Assembly: GCA_951406725.2 (NCBI GenBank)
Contig: OX597814.1
Coordinates: 165,168,001-165,232,000 of the forward strand
Reading direction: 5' to 3'
DNA from: Octopus vulgaris
Taxonomy: Eukaryota
Length of the DNA: 64,000 nucleotides
Shown here: positions 12,761 through 29,798 of the stretch, in pieces
Layout: each line of letters begins with the position of its first letter
How positions within the stretch are numbered: the first letter of the stretch is position 1
Notes under the pieces: model-generated
Told to the model about the DNA's origin: nothing
The model's input: only the letters and a program-made list of their open reading frames with translations
Database searches by the model: none
Translations under genes and position numbers: made by a program

Positions 12761-13960
12761 TTGTGTTTATACGTAAAATAAATAGGTAGAATATATGCAT
12801 AGCAATACAAAGAAAGCTAAAAGAAAATGACTGACATAAATACCAATGTATCCCACTTCTTCTGGAATGTAATGTATATCCCTGTATATTGTGATATAAT
12901 GATACGCATACAACCAGTTCCACGCCTACATAGATATACTCGTATACTCACACCATACAGTTACTCACACAATCGTAAAAGAAAAGAAAGAAATCCAGTG
13001 ATACGCATATATACACATGCAAGCATACAAGCATTAAAGAAAGACTAAGTTTACGGTTTCGCATGTACCACATTCCAACGAATGCAAAGAAGTTATTTCA
13101 AGTGAGAGGTGTCAACCGTTTCAGTCAGTGAACATACAAAATATAGATATAAATAAACATATAACTGAAAAATACGAATAATTTTTGCTTTTGTCGTTGA
13201 TGTTATTTTTGTCTTTTCTTTATAGAAAATATTTTCATCTAGATGTTTTTGCATTTTTTCAAAAAGATATATCAAAGTATAAAGGTTATGTCAACGTCTT
13301 GTGAGAATTTTGTTGGCAAGTTTTAGCGGACATTGTTTTTTCACAGAAAAGTGAGGACACTATCTTTATTAGTTAACCTTACATGTCTATTTTAAACCTT
13401 TGAGATTTTAAACGTTGTAATTTCCACATACTGATGGGGAAATAAACACTCAATTGAATTTCCAGTGAATTAGTGAATTGTTTCTCCTAGCTTACATCCA
13501 GATATATCCACATACATTTTAGTACCGTATATATCATTGCTTCGAGGCACTATTCGGCATATTTTACAAAATCTTGTCTCATATAAATATAATATGCCAA
13601 CTGCCATATAACTGTATTTGAAACACAGCAACTTCGAGACGCTGTTTCTTCAAAGGTCAGTTGACAAATTAACTTAAATACTCACTTCCTCTGTCATTTG
13701 GTTTAGAGAAAACCCAAGGTTTTTGCACACACATGTATATGCACGTATTCATATATAAATATGTATGTGCGTGTGTGTACGTGCGTGTGCACGCGTATGT
13801 GTGTGTGCGTATGTATGTGTGCCTCTGTGCATATGTGTGTGCCTGTGTTCGTGTGTGTGTGCGTATGTGTGTGAAAGAATGCATAACAGTGCAGAGAATT
13901 GCTGACGTTAGTATATTTTGTGAAGAATTAAAGACTCACTCTTACATATATATATATATG

Positions 13961-16850
<2,890 letters not shown>

Positions 16851-16884
16851 TAACTATCTAGTATTAGCACTTTGTATACTATCT

Positions 16885-17266
16885 CCTTACCAACCACATG
16901 GTTCCGGGTTCAGTCTCACTGCGTGGCACCTTGGGCAAGTGTCTTCTACTATAGCTTCGAGCCGACCAAAGCCTTCTGAGTGGATTTGGTAGACGGAAAC
17001 TGAAAGAAGCCCGTCGTATATATGTACATATATATGTATGTGTGTGTATATGTTTGTGTGTCTGTGTTTGTCCCCCAACATCGCTTGACAACCGATGCTG
17101 GTGTGTTTACGACCCCGTCACTTAGCGGTTCGGCAAAAGAGACCGATAAAATAAGTACTAGGCTTACAAAGAATAAGTCCTGGGGTCGATTTCTTCGACT
17201 AAAGGCGGTGCTCCAGCATGGCCGCAGTCAAATGACTGAAACAAGTAAAAGAGTAAAAAGAGAGAG
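16885..17266 (+). mobile_element. SINE family B, slightly 5'-truncated
   Basis: Near-consensus body and (GTAAAAGA) tail. Confidence 0.92.
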
Positions 17267-18250
17267 TATCACACTACGTAATGCACTACGTAATGTTTTC
17301 AACTCTCAGTTCATATCTTAATTCAAACATAGCAGTGCCTTTCCATTGGACATTCCTAATACATTTTTTGTCCTACGCTACTTATTTGGAGTTAAAATTT
17401 CTAATCTCCTTACTCATCTATAGAAGTCTCTGATACCTCTTTACTTATTGGTAAGCACACTTACACGCACCGCTCTGTGATGATGACGTAGAACATCTAT
17501 TCTTAGGCTCTGGTCGTTCTGGGCTCCGAGGAAACTCCTTTCGCTTCTCATCGCCTCCTGGTAACATGGTGGTGGTGGTGATAGTCGCTCTGAAGGCAAG
17601 GTAATCTTGGAGAAATATTTTTTGAAAACTATATTATTTGTTCTACATTTGTCACCTCTTCTACCTCGAGAGTTGTTGGCAGTTATATTTAATTTTACTT
17701 CAAGAAGTAAGCAATCATAACTATGGAACGAAAGCAAAGACATAATTTATCTATAATTTATTTATATTATTCTACTACTGTATGACTGAGATAGTAAAGA
17801 TTTAATAAATGCTGCATCACTGCATTATTATTTTCATATCAGAGAAAAGTGTCTATGGCTGGACTTGAACCTGTAGTTCCACAAGGTCAACTCCGTCTTT
17901 CACCCTTTTGCAGTTGATAAAACAAGTATCACTTGAGCACTGATGTCGAAGCAATCGACTTACTCCTCCTCTAACATTGCTGGCCTTTTGCCAACATTTA
18001 ATATTGGTATGTATGTTGCATCTATAACAGATTATCTCTTCGATTTCACTATTGTATTATGAAAAATATACTCTAACAGGGTCCATGAAATATCCTTGTT
18101 TTATAAACGTTCATATTATGTATTTTGATTATTAACTTTATGGACCATCATAACATTGTTTCATTATTGTAAAATCTTGAATGTCTTCGTTTTCCTTTCA
18201 CGGCTAGAAGCGTTTAAAGCGTGGTACTCTCATTCCTTTTTAAATTACCT

Positions 18251-18484
18251 ATTTCTTTATTACCCTCGAGGGGCTAAACACAGAGAGGACAAACAAGGAC
18301 AGACAAACGGATTAAGTCGATTATTTCGACCTCAGTGCGTAACTGGTACTTATTTAATTGACCCCGAAAGGATGAAAGGCAAAGTCGACCTCGGCGGAAT
18401 TTGAACTCACAACGTAACAACAGACGAAATACGACTACGCATTTTGCCCGACGTGCTAACGTTTCTGCCAGCTCGCCGTCTTTC
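18251..18484 (-). mobile_element. SINE family A monomer with TSD
   Basis: Full unit flanked by TAAATTACCT at 18241-18250 and 18485-18494. Confidence 0.92.
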
Positions 18485-18849
18485 TAAATTACCTTTAATT
18501 TCTTTATGAGATTAAGGCGAAAGATTCCTAGCTTTCATTCTGACTGAGCCTGTTTCATTCTCAGCACAGCCAAAACGAAAAATTTTATGGCGATATCAGC
18601 TGTAATGAGTAACGTATTTATTATCCATTCAAATAACTATTTCGTTGATTTTGGTGTAAAGTAAAAGGCTCCACCCGACTAACCATAATTTTGAAGTAAT
18701 GTATAATGATTTTCAGATTAGTTAAACAAAACATGGTTTGAGAAAACTGGTGCCCACATCCCTCTTAATTTGCTTTTCTACCCCGTTCCCAAAAGTGTTC
18801 ACATTTTAATTGTAGATGATAACAACAGTCATGGTATCTTCTGGATTTT

Positions 18850-19480
18850 TAGACAAGGCTACATTCAAGCCCTCTAATGTTTACCATTTGTAACAATCAC
18901 GCTTTTCTACACCTCCGGAATCGAAATGATATCACTATCAAAGTGGCTGATAAAAGCTGTACAATGATTATTTGGGGAAACAGATCTCTGCCACGGTTCT
19001 CCGGCAGCTAAAGAACACAATATTTCACAGCTTTCATTTTCTATTCTCTAACCAACAAACTGCTCCTATTTTTCCTCCGAAACTTGCGCAGCCACTTGGT
19101 CAGAAGATTCATGACCTCCAGCAACATATATCCCAACACTTTCAAAGACACCCACTCAAAATTTCACCTCATTTTTTAAAAACTTCTAACAATACACTAA
19201 TAACTGGTCTCCAGACTCATTTCTAAGCCACCGATTAACTTAGTTACACATCTACCAGGCTTATGTACTGTATGAACTGCAATTTCTGCAAGCCCTTATT
19301 TGTAATGAAACTGGATGACACTTAAGTAACGACAGCACTCTCCGAATCCGTAACTCGGCATTTCACTTCCCTATGTCACTCCTTTCAATACCTCAAAGTA
19401 CCTTTGTTGAGTCACTTTACGTTACGGCTCGAACTTTACCAGCAAACATAAAGAATAACACACACTTTAAAAAAAAATAT
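18850..19480 (+). mobile_element. Highly decayed Penelope-like fragment (RT C-terminus to GIY-YIG)
   Basis: LMYCMNCNFCKPL..ETG.HL at about 19260-19330 resembles the VYxIxCxxC...YIGETGRxL motif. Confidence 0.45.
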
Positions 19481-20439
19481 GCAGCTCCTCAATTGCAGAT
19501 ATTAATGATAATGAATGTCTCACAAACTCCAAGTTAACCGTTCTTTCGGTAATAATCTCTGATATGGTTGTTAATTTTTCACGTATTCTTTAGTAATGCC
19601 TTCAGAAACCCGATTTCTTTCACTGTAACTTATATGCTTAGCGAGTAAGTCTGATTATCTGATCCAGTATCGACTTGTATAAAACTTTAACAAAGAGTAA
19701 ACTGTTATTTCAGAAGTACTTTTAGACTTTTAGTCGACCGTCGACCTATAGCTTTGTTGGTTGTGGGTACTCTACACTGAATATCATCAGTATCAGCATC
19801 AGCATCGAGCCTAAAGACAACATTAGCCAAACAACTGCAAGAAGAAGAAGAAGAAGAAGAATTACAAGGAAAGAAAGAGAAGATAAAGAAAGTTTTCATG
19901 TTGAATATTAACATTGAATTTCTGTGAAGTGGCGTCAACTAACAAAATCAGACTGAAAGACTGCTTTTTAAACCGTCGTGATATTTGAGGTAAGAACTAT
20001 AAAATAAACAATTTAGGTGTTATATAAACAGGGAAATGTAAAGATCTTAGAGTTTATCCCTTGTTTAGTTTTAGCCCTTTGACTTCTCGTATGTCTGACC
20101 GGAATATTTCTCCAGACTGTTTTTTGTTGTTTTTTATTTCTTTTCGAGCCCGAATTTTAAGGAATAATTCCAACGCTTTTGTTATCATATATACACTGTA
20201 CTTTGCTTGAGATTTTTCTTCTTTGAATTTTCATTGGAGGGAGGAGGTCAATAAAGTTGTTAATGAATTTTAAATATTTAGAAGACAGAGATGTTATTTT
20301 ACTAGTTTAGCGTAAACAAAGAAAATACAAATTGGTCGAGTCATTAGAGCGCTGAATAGAATGTCTTATGGTATTTGCGCCAGCTCTGAGTTCAAATCCC
20401 ACCAAGATCCATTAGGGATATATACATATATGTATATAT

Positions 20440-20786
20440 ATTATATAAAATCCGTTCTGTGTGTGTGTGTCTTCTAGGATAGGGCATCCTCCATCCGATT
20501 GCGCTCAAATTTGATATGTAGATACCGATGGTATCAGGGGGTGTTTATGTCTTGAAAAAATTACAAAAATCGATTCCAGGTGAGAAGGCGATCGATAAAG
20601 CCGTTTTTCTTTGGAATAGAAAAAAGTCTATCTTTATTTCTTCTTTTGCTGGTATCTCAAATTTAGGTTAAATCAGTGTTTCTCAAAGGGGAGGCCTATG
20701 GGACAGTCGGAGAAGTTGTTTTGAGAAAATTTGGTTATAATGTTTGACAACTCAGCACCGTCCATTGGACGGGGAGCGTTTTGCTC

Positions 20787-20788
<2 letters not shown>
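20440..20788 (+). mobile_element. Non-autonomous Helitron-like element, copy 1 (internally deleted)
   Basis: 5' ATTATATAAAATCCGTTCTGT..., 3' hairpin CCGTCCATTGGACGG then GGAGCGTTTTGCTCG; both ends are shared with the copy at 60021-60563. Confidence 0.75.
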
Positions 20789-20834
<46 letters not shown>

Positions 20835-20839
<5 letters not shown>

Positions 20840-20922
20840 ATATGTGACAATTATTCGGTAGCCATGATAAAACTCCGAGTTTCGGATGCTGATGGCTACC
20901 GGATAATTGTCATATATTACAT
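20835..20922. repeat. Fold-back hairpin with 31-bp arms, within a ~160-bp island between TA arrays
   Basis: ATGTAATATGTGACAATTATTCGGTAGCCAT / ATGGCTACCGGATAATTGTCATATATTACAT; both mismatches are G-U pairs on the + strand. Confidence 0.9.
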
Positions 20923-21299
20923 TTATAGATAAATTCCTCTATTTACATAATATCGAGGTTTCTTTCATTCTTTTGTTGTCTTACCATTTCTATCAATATA
21001 TATATATAATATCCAACACAAACACAATGTCAGCCATTTTGTGGAAAGAATACAACTGTTTGCATCTTGTACTTGACAGCTGCTTACTTTATCGGTCTCT
21101 GGAAAGGAAAGACGATTGACAATGTCAGCTTCACTGGTATTTGAACTGCAAACGTACGGATAGACCTAACAGACTGCTGCAAGCATTTATCATCGCTTTT
21201 CTGCTGTTTAGTGATTTCTAAGTCTTCCAACCAGTTGACTGCACATAACCCTGGACTATTTCTTTGGGGACTAATTTTCCCTTTACCCATGCTCTACAG

Positions 21300-22000
21300 A
21301 ACCGTATAAAGCATTTTATCTATGTAATAAAGTACAAAGTAAAGTAAGAGGGTGCTATCTTGTTTTATAGGTTAACCAGATGAGGCAAAACAGCGTTTAT
21401 GAATTTAGCAATCTACATCCTGCGACTAGTTGGAGAAACAAAGTGGTAAAAAGCCATAATTCTTGTGTTGCTGCAGCATGAGCCAGCATATCTAGATACT
21501 GAGATATCACTCTGCTCCAAGTTCTTTATTTTATAAAATTGGCCATGAAGGCCTTACAGAGAAGCAATGCGGGATGGACATATACATTAATGAGATGAAA
21601 ATGACAAATACGAATGATGTAAATGGGAAGGGTATTCGGCGCCCGCAGACCGAACACTCTTCGATATCACAGGTTCTTTTATTACATAAAAATACAAAAG
21701 TCAATCAAACATCAAAAATACACTGTCACTCAGTTCTGAGTTCTTGTAGCACAATGGTCACCGTTAAATATTCCAGGTGATAGCATCAAGGCTATGTGAC
21801 AGTATTAGTCCAGATGACGAATTAAATCTCTCAGCCAGATTGTCGATTGGGTAATACTGAAAATTCAACAAATGTAAACGTCTTTAGTAGAAGGATTTGT
21901 ATCTTGTCACAAATACTGCACCAGATGTTCATAAACAAGACATTTTGCCTCAGGATGGCAGAGTGGATCGATCTGTTCATTGTCGAAAACTATAAGTACT
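21300..22000 (-). mobile_element. Very decayed L1/Tx1-like RT fragment
   Basis: Only weak remnants of KAFD, PLSP and RYA(DD)-like motifs on the minus strand. Confidence 0.35.
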
Positions 22001-22399
22001 TAATACTTAGATATATAGTCGAACAACTGCAACAGTAACCAGTATTTTATTCGGTTGCAATTCTAAGTTTTGAATTATTTTGTGGGCGTAGCCTCAATAA
22101 GTACTAATGCCCACTATCATATGACATTAGTCATTGGTCTCGAAACACCTTACATAAATTTGGATATTTTGTTTCATATAAAACAAATTATTGAGCGGTG
22201 TAGACATTCAATAAGTGAAAGCATTCGACGGAGGTCAGAAGAATAGGCGTTCGTTTTCTAAGTTCTCTAGGTAGTGAACAAATATATATATATAGTTAAA
22301 ACACATGGAGACAAACATTCCACGTGTGTGAGTGTATGTGTGCGCGCGCGTGTGTGTGTGTGTATGTGTGTGACTATGCGTGTCTACTCATAAGATTAA

Positions 22400-22469
<70 letters not shown>

Positions 22470-23131
22470 GCACATATACTTGCATACTTGTGTGTATATG
22501 TATGTGTGTGCGTGTGTAGAAACAGAGAGAGATATGGAAAATACAGGGAAGCGTGAGTAATGGAATGAGAAATTAAAAGAGGAAAACGGAGACGCTGGGG
22601 TTAGAAAGAGAGAGAAAATATAGGCAATAATACATATACGCACACACAAACAAACACAAACACATACACATATATACACACTCACATACACACACACTCA
22701 CACAAAGGCACAAAAACACATACACACATACACAGACATAACCGTGAAGTTTTACGGTCTTGATTACCACTTCAGCGTACATCTGGGACAAAGAAATCAA
22801 AACAAGCTTTCGAAACATGATATCAAGAAAACACTTGTATGATGCCAAGTGTTTAGAATGAAGAGCAATTATTATAGTCGATATTATTATGTATGAGTTT
22901 ATAACTCGAAAGGATGTATGGCAAAGTTTTTCGACAACTGGGTGTAGATATGTTTCTGTGATCTAGGCCTTTCTGCCGCAGTCAAATTCCACGTTTTAAC
23001 TCCGTTGTGCATCATCTTCTGCAAGTGTCTTTCTTTGTAATCTCGAATATAGTAATTATCATGTGACAGGAGTTTCGAAGCCCTTCGTATATATATTTTA
23101 TATTCATTTATTAGCTTCCATCATTGCACTG

Positions 23132-23368
23132 TATATTTCTTTTATTGCCCACAAGGGGCTAAACATAGAGGGGACAAACAAGGACAGACAAACGGATTAA
23201 GTCGATTACATCAACCCCAGTGCGTAACTGGTACTTAATTTATCGACCCCGAAAGGATGAAAGGCAAAGTTGACCTCGGCGGAATTTGAACTCAGAACGT
23301 AACGGCAGACGAAATACGGCTACGCATTTCGCCCGACGTACTAACGTTTCTGCCAGCTCGCCGCCTTC
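23132..23368 (-). mobile_element. SINE family A monomer with 14-bp TSD
   Basis: CCATCATTGCACTG at 23118-23131 and 23369-23382; near-consensus body. Confidence 0.95.
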
Positions 23369-23786
23369 CCATCATTGCACTGCAGCTTATGCCGGTCCAC
23401 TGTCTGCAAGGGCTTACATTAGACAAACCACATATTTGTTTCAGTCTGGTACATGTTTTATCGCCTCCATTTCTCGAACTACGGAACATACGCAAAAATA
23501 CTGGTTACTTTTATCTTTACGCGCCCGTCCAATCAAATTATATCTTCTTGTCTTCGTTATCTGAATATTCCTATTAACGATCGTGTTTCATTCCTCGAAT
23601 ATCGTTCTAAGATCGAAGGCATGTACCTAAGTCATGAATTTTGCAGTTTTAGATTTAAGAAATACACACACATACGCGCGCGCTTGCATGCATATAACAC
23701 GCATATGTCCATACATACATACTTACATATTTACATTCATACATATATACATACATATCTACGTATGCGTGTTTGTATGTGTATAG

Positions 23787-23833
<47 letters not shown>

Positions 23834-23985
23834 TCTATATATCCACAGCTATCTATCTACGTTTCTCTCTCTCTCTTTATATATATTTATATATATACAG
23901 AGACAGAGAGATGCATACATACATACATACATACATACATACATACATACATACATACATACATACATACATACATACATACATA

Positions 23986-24659
23986 CAGTGGCCGCTCGTA
24001 TATAGGCACTGCAGAATTGCAGCGCCCTCTATTTCCACTCGATATTATCGATAACATTCAATATAATGAATCCTTTTTTTCTTTAATTCTTTCTTTATGC
24101 TTGTCAGTAGCCACCCCCTAGTTTATGAAAAAAATACAAAAATCCTTGTATAGAACTGTGCGCTCCACAGTTCCAGTATCATGATGTTTGGCTGTTGTGC
24201 GCATGATTACATGTCCGAGATAGGAAGCTGCACGCTAGGGAGAGAGAGTACTGTGGTTCACGCAGTGTCGACCCTGGTGTGCTGGTGAAAGGTAGTGTCT
24301 TTTTTTGACTCCACGTGTATTATGCTTAGAAACGTGTTTATATTCTTGAATGTGGTAAAGTGTAGATTATTATCCTGCTTCGAGCTACAGTATTGCTGCC
24401 AGGATTTGAAAAGTTGGGTAGATTTTTACTACTTAATTTGTGATTTAGGGGGAATTTTTGAATAACAAGGGGGAATTCGCGGTGGGGTTCAGTGAACAAA
24501 TTAAACGTATTACCCGGCAGTGACTAAAACGCGAACCAATCACATTTATGTATATATTTTCTTTTTATATCTTTGTTTTCTTTTACACAATATTAAGACA
24601 ACAGCTAAAAAAATTTTGAAGCAGTACCCACCATTAATTTTATCTACGAGCCGCCACTG
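23986..24659. mobile_element. hAT-type non-autonomous element (674 bp) inserted in (ATAC)n
   Basis: 15-bp TIRs CAGTGGCCGCTCGTA / TACGAGCCGCCACTG (1 mismatch); 8-bp flanks CATACATA / CATACATG. Confidence 0.8.
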
Positions 24660-24787
24660 CATACATGCATACATACATACATACATACATACATACATAC
24701 ATACATACATACATACATACTTACATATTTATAAACAAACATATATAGATATAGATATAGATAACTGGAAGGGAAGAAGGAAAGAAG

Positions 24788-24857
<70 letters not shown>

Positions 24858-25354
24858 GATAGATAGATAGATATCAAAGTCTCACAAGTAATTGGAATGA
24901 AGTCGCCCACTATAAACTCAGACCCCTAGACTATCTCTGCCAATCATTCTATGACTGAAGTAGATTCTACTCCTCGATGCTGGCAGGTCTCGTGCGATCT
25001 CTACCCGATCACACTCAACTCCTCTTTCCTCCTCTCGTCCCTTATGTAGTGCTCGTATATACCTCAGCATCTACTCCTATCTCCCAGGACATCAGCACTC
25101 GAATTCCTTCTTTACACATGTTTTTTTTTTTTTTTTCTGCATGGTTTGACTTGATTTTATGAGGACGGCGAATTATTAACAACTGTAGACGTCTGGGCAA
25201 TATACGTTGCACTGTTTAAGCATATCCTTTCGCGTTCTTGTTTCAGATCCCAACTCACTCGAACTTGCATCTGATATTTCTGAATTGATAAAGTTTCAGT
25301 CAAGTAAAAGTACTTACTTTTCTTGAACTTTAAACTAATTCGTGCCATTGACTA

Positions 25355-25419
<65 letters not shown>

Positions 25420-25477
25420 GATTGATTGATTGATTCTAGTTTCAGCTCACGAGCTGTGGCCATGCTGGGGCACCGCC

Positions 25478-25525
<48 letters not shown>

Positions 25526-25569
25526 CATCATCATTATTATCATTATTATTATTATTATCATTATTATTG

Positions 25570-26128
25570 AGTGAGAGAGCAGTGCATGCCATCAAAGTGA
25601 CACTGGGGTAAAACATACGAAGCCCAGTATACCCATCATGACTACCCGTCTAATAAAGGTACATTAGGCACATGCATCACAACCACATGTGCGCGACATG
25701 GTGATCTCATATCAAGATAAACAGTAAAATGATCTTGCAGGTGGGGTCCAGTTAGAATTTTCTTCTGGTCGAGTAACCCATCCCACTCAAAAGGTCCCTG
25801 AATAAGGGTTATTTAAGGATATTGAACGAAACACCCAAGCTTCCAGAGGGGAATTATTCAAACCCCAAAGAATCCCTCTCAACACATGGCTATGATGCTC
25901 CCCCACTACTTCTACTCGTGATCAGAGATGCACATATCATCAGCCACTAAGGGTCATGCTCAACTGGTTAACGTTAAGCAACTGACAAGCAAATCTGTGG
26001 TATTGAGCAGAATATTTGCTGTAGCCCATCTTTTGTACCAAAACAAAACAACGTACATGATAACACTTCCAATCAGTTAAGACCAGAAGCCACGAGAGCC
26101 ACTACTTGGTACTGGATCAGGACATTTA
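25570..26128. mobile_element. Unclassified ~550-bp interspersed element embedded in (ATT)n
   Basis: Unique-looking block between long ATT/ATC arrays; a partial second copy lies at 4728-4840. Confidence 0.65.
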
Positions 26129-26142
26129 TTATTGTTTTTTTA

Positions 26143-26266
<124 letters not shown>

Positions 26267-26319
26267 CATTATTGCGGGGTGACTATCGCTGCAAATTAAT
26301 AATAATTTGTAATAAAATA

Positions 26320-26640
26320 TAGGTTCAAATTTTGGTGCAAAGTCAGCAAGTTCGACCCCAGGGCTCAACTGGTACTTATTTTATCGACCCCCGAAAGGAT
26401 GAAAGGTAGAGTCGACTTCGACGGAATTTGAACTGGCGTGATAACGATTCTTCCAGCTCGCCGCTTTCATTTGTGATAAAACGTTACAGCCTGCGTTCAA
26501 ATACCACTGAGGTCGACTTCACCTTTCATCCTTTTCGGGTTCGATAACTGATAGGTTATCAGTTGAACACTGGGGTCTATGTAATCGACTTGCCCACCTA
26601 CCCTTTGATATTGCTGGCCTTGTGCCAAAATTTGAAACCA
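26320..26640. mobile_element. Two diverged SINE A copies in opposite orientation (- then +)
   Basis: ACTGGTACTTATTTTATCGACCCCCGAAAGGATGAAAGG on -, then GAGGTCGACTTCACCTTTCATCC on +. Confidence 0.8.
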
Positions 26641-26680
26641 TTATTATTACAATCATCATCTGACGACGAACTGACCAAAA

Positions 26681-27237
<557 letters not shown>

Positions 27238-27239
27238 AG

Positions 27240-27620
27240 TATGCCGGACAAAATGCTTAGTAGCATTTCTTCCGTCGTTACGTTCGAGTGCCATCAAGAT
27301 CGACCTTGTGTTTCATCCTTTCGGGTTCGATAAATAAGTACCACTTGATCCCGGGTGGAGGATCAATGTAATCGACCATTAACCTTGTACCAAAATTTGA
27401 AATCATTAAGTCAACGAGCTGGCGCGATTTTTAGAGCTACGAATAAAATGCCTAGCGGCATTTCTTCCAGTTCGTTATGTTCTGAGTTCAAATTCCGCTT
27501 AGGCCGATTCTGCTTTTCACCCTTTCAGTGTGTTCCAACTGAGAGCACTGAGGGCGATGTAATCGACAACTCCCTCCCTCCTAAAAATTTCAGGCCTTGT
27601 GTCTATAGTAGAAAGGATCA
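27240..27620 (+). mobile_element. Two diverged SINE A copies
   Basis: B-box and central-domain remnants with short tails. Confidence 0.75.
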
Positions 27621-27639
27621 TTATAACAATCATCTGCAT

Positions 27640-28040
27640 AGGCGTAGGTAAGTAGCTTGCTTACGAACTACATGGTTCCGGGCTCAGTCCCACTGCATGG
27701 CACCTTGGGCAAGTGACTTCTACTATAACCTCGGGCCGACCAAAGCCTTGTGAGTGGATTTGGTTGACAGAATCTGGAAGAAACTCGGCGTATATATGTG
27801 TATATATATATATATATGTGTGTGTTTGTGTGTCTGTGTTTGACCCCTCCCCCCAGCATCGCTTGACAACCGATGGTGGTGTGTTTGCGTCCCCATAACT
27901 TAGCGGTTCGGCAAAAGAGACCGATAGAATAAGTACTAGGCTTACAAAGAATAAGTCCCGGGGTCGATTTGCTCGACTAAAGGCGGTGCTCCAGCATGGC
28001 CACAGTTAAATGACTGAAACAAGTAAAAGTATAAAAGAGA
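27640..28040 (+). mobile_element. SINE family B
   Basis: Near-consensus body and tail. Confidence 0.9.
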
Positions 28041-28535
28041 GTATAAGATCCGTTATCGTTCTCCACGGCCACAGCAACGGTAGCAATATCATTATCATAA
28101 CATTTTTTTGTTTGTCCACTACAGAAATGCTGAAGGTTCAAAAACAAGGGCAATGAAAGCCGAAGCCGTCCAGGTCTGTTCCAGGCACACATTAAGAAGT
28201 CTAATGATGTCTTCAAATCGGATCATAATATTGGTGTTCGCAATAACGATGGTGGTAGTGCTGGTGGTGGGTAGTTGTAATTCTTATGATAATAATTGCG
28301 GACGTGGGGATGGTGGTGGCAGAAGTGGCGGCAGCGGCAATGGTAGTGAGTCGTGGTGGTGGTGGTGTAGTCGTCGTCGTCGTAATCATGGTCGTAGTCG
28401 TCGGTAATTGTGGTAGACAAATGGTGCTATTCAAACTTGTATATTAGTGATGCATTGGTAACAGAAGCTGTTCCGGTGGTAGTGTTTGGGGTGATATATG
28501 TAGTAGTGGTTGTGGTGGTATCAATCATGAAGCAA

Positions 28536-28587
<52 letters not shown>

Positions 28588-28644
28588 GGTGGTGGTGGTG
28601 GTAGTGGTGGTGGTGGTGGTGGTGGTGGTGGTACTAGTAGTAGT

Positions 28645-28772
28645 GCTTACCAACCACATGGTTCCGGGTTCAGTCCCGCTGCGTGGCACCTTGGGCAAGT
28701 GTCTTCTACTATAGCCTCGGGCTGACCAAAGCCTTGTGAGTGGATTTGGCAGACGGAAACTGAAAGCCCGTC

Positions 28773-28823
<51 letters not shown>

Positions 28824-29029
28824 CATGTGTCTGTATATGTTTGTGTGTCTACGTTTGTCCTTCCAACATCGCTTGACAACCGATGCTGGTGTGTTTACGT
28901 CCCCGTAACTTAGCAGTTCGGCAAAAGAGACCGATAGAATAAGTACTAGGCTTACAAAGAATTTGCTCGACTAAAGGCGGTGCTCCAGCATGGCCACAGT
29001 CAAATGACTGAAACAAGTGGAAGAGTAAA

Positions 29030-29030
<1 letters not shown>
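28645..29030 (+). mobile_element. SINE family B inserted in a (TAG)n/(TGG)n array
   Basis: 5'-truncated consensus body flanked by GTA repeats. Confidence 0.9.
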
Positions 29031-29077
<47 letters not shown>

Positions 29078-29798
29078 CAGCGGCAGCTGGTGCTGGTGGT
29101 GGTTGTGGTGGTGGTGGCGGCGGCGGCGGCAGCAACTGGTGGTGGCGGCGGTGGTGGTGCTAGTAGTAGCACCAGTAGTTATAAAACTAGTAGTAGTTGT
29201 GGCTATGGTTCATGTTCTTGTTTATTTTGTTCATGGTGTATTTGTTGTTGTTGTTGTTGTTGTTGATATAGTAATTGGGTTTCCAATTGTACTGTTAGCT
29301 GTGAATGCAATAATAGTTGTGCTGGCGGCGGTGAAGATGGCCCTGGGAGGAGTGCTGACGGCGGTGGGGACGAAAGTTATTGGAGCCATTGTCATCATAA
29401 AGTTGTTGACAGCGGCGGTGAGTGTCGCGTTGTTGTTTCGCAACGGGGTCACTTTCGGGTAAGACACCATTCAACTCTACTAACCCAGTTTTGTTAAGGG
29501 GGCCACGGTGTTGAAGGTTGCTCTTGTTACATGATACAACACAGACAGACCTAGTTATTCTTGTTACTGTTGTTGTTGTTGTTGATGATGATGATGATGA
29601 TGATGAAAGAAAATATAAAGAAGAAGAAGGTAGCGGCGGCGTTGGTGGTGGTGGTGGTGATGATGATGTCTTGTTCTTGTTGATTTGTCACCATGTGAAT
29701 TCTGATTGAGCAAACCTATGATCAAAGAGATGTTTAGCCTTGACATACAGTATTTAGGACTACATTGTAGTTAGTACTTTACAGCTTCTTATTAATAA

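Noticed and set aside
17477-17594. C/D-box snoRNA (GTGATGA ... CTGA)
   Set aside because: No terminal stem or recognisable rRNA-complementary guide.
28980-29462. 160-aa hydrophobic ORF resembling a membrane protein
   Set aside because: It is built from a SINE B tail plus GTA/GTG/GTT trinucleotide repeats.
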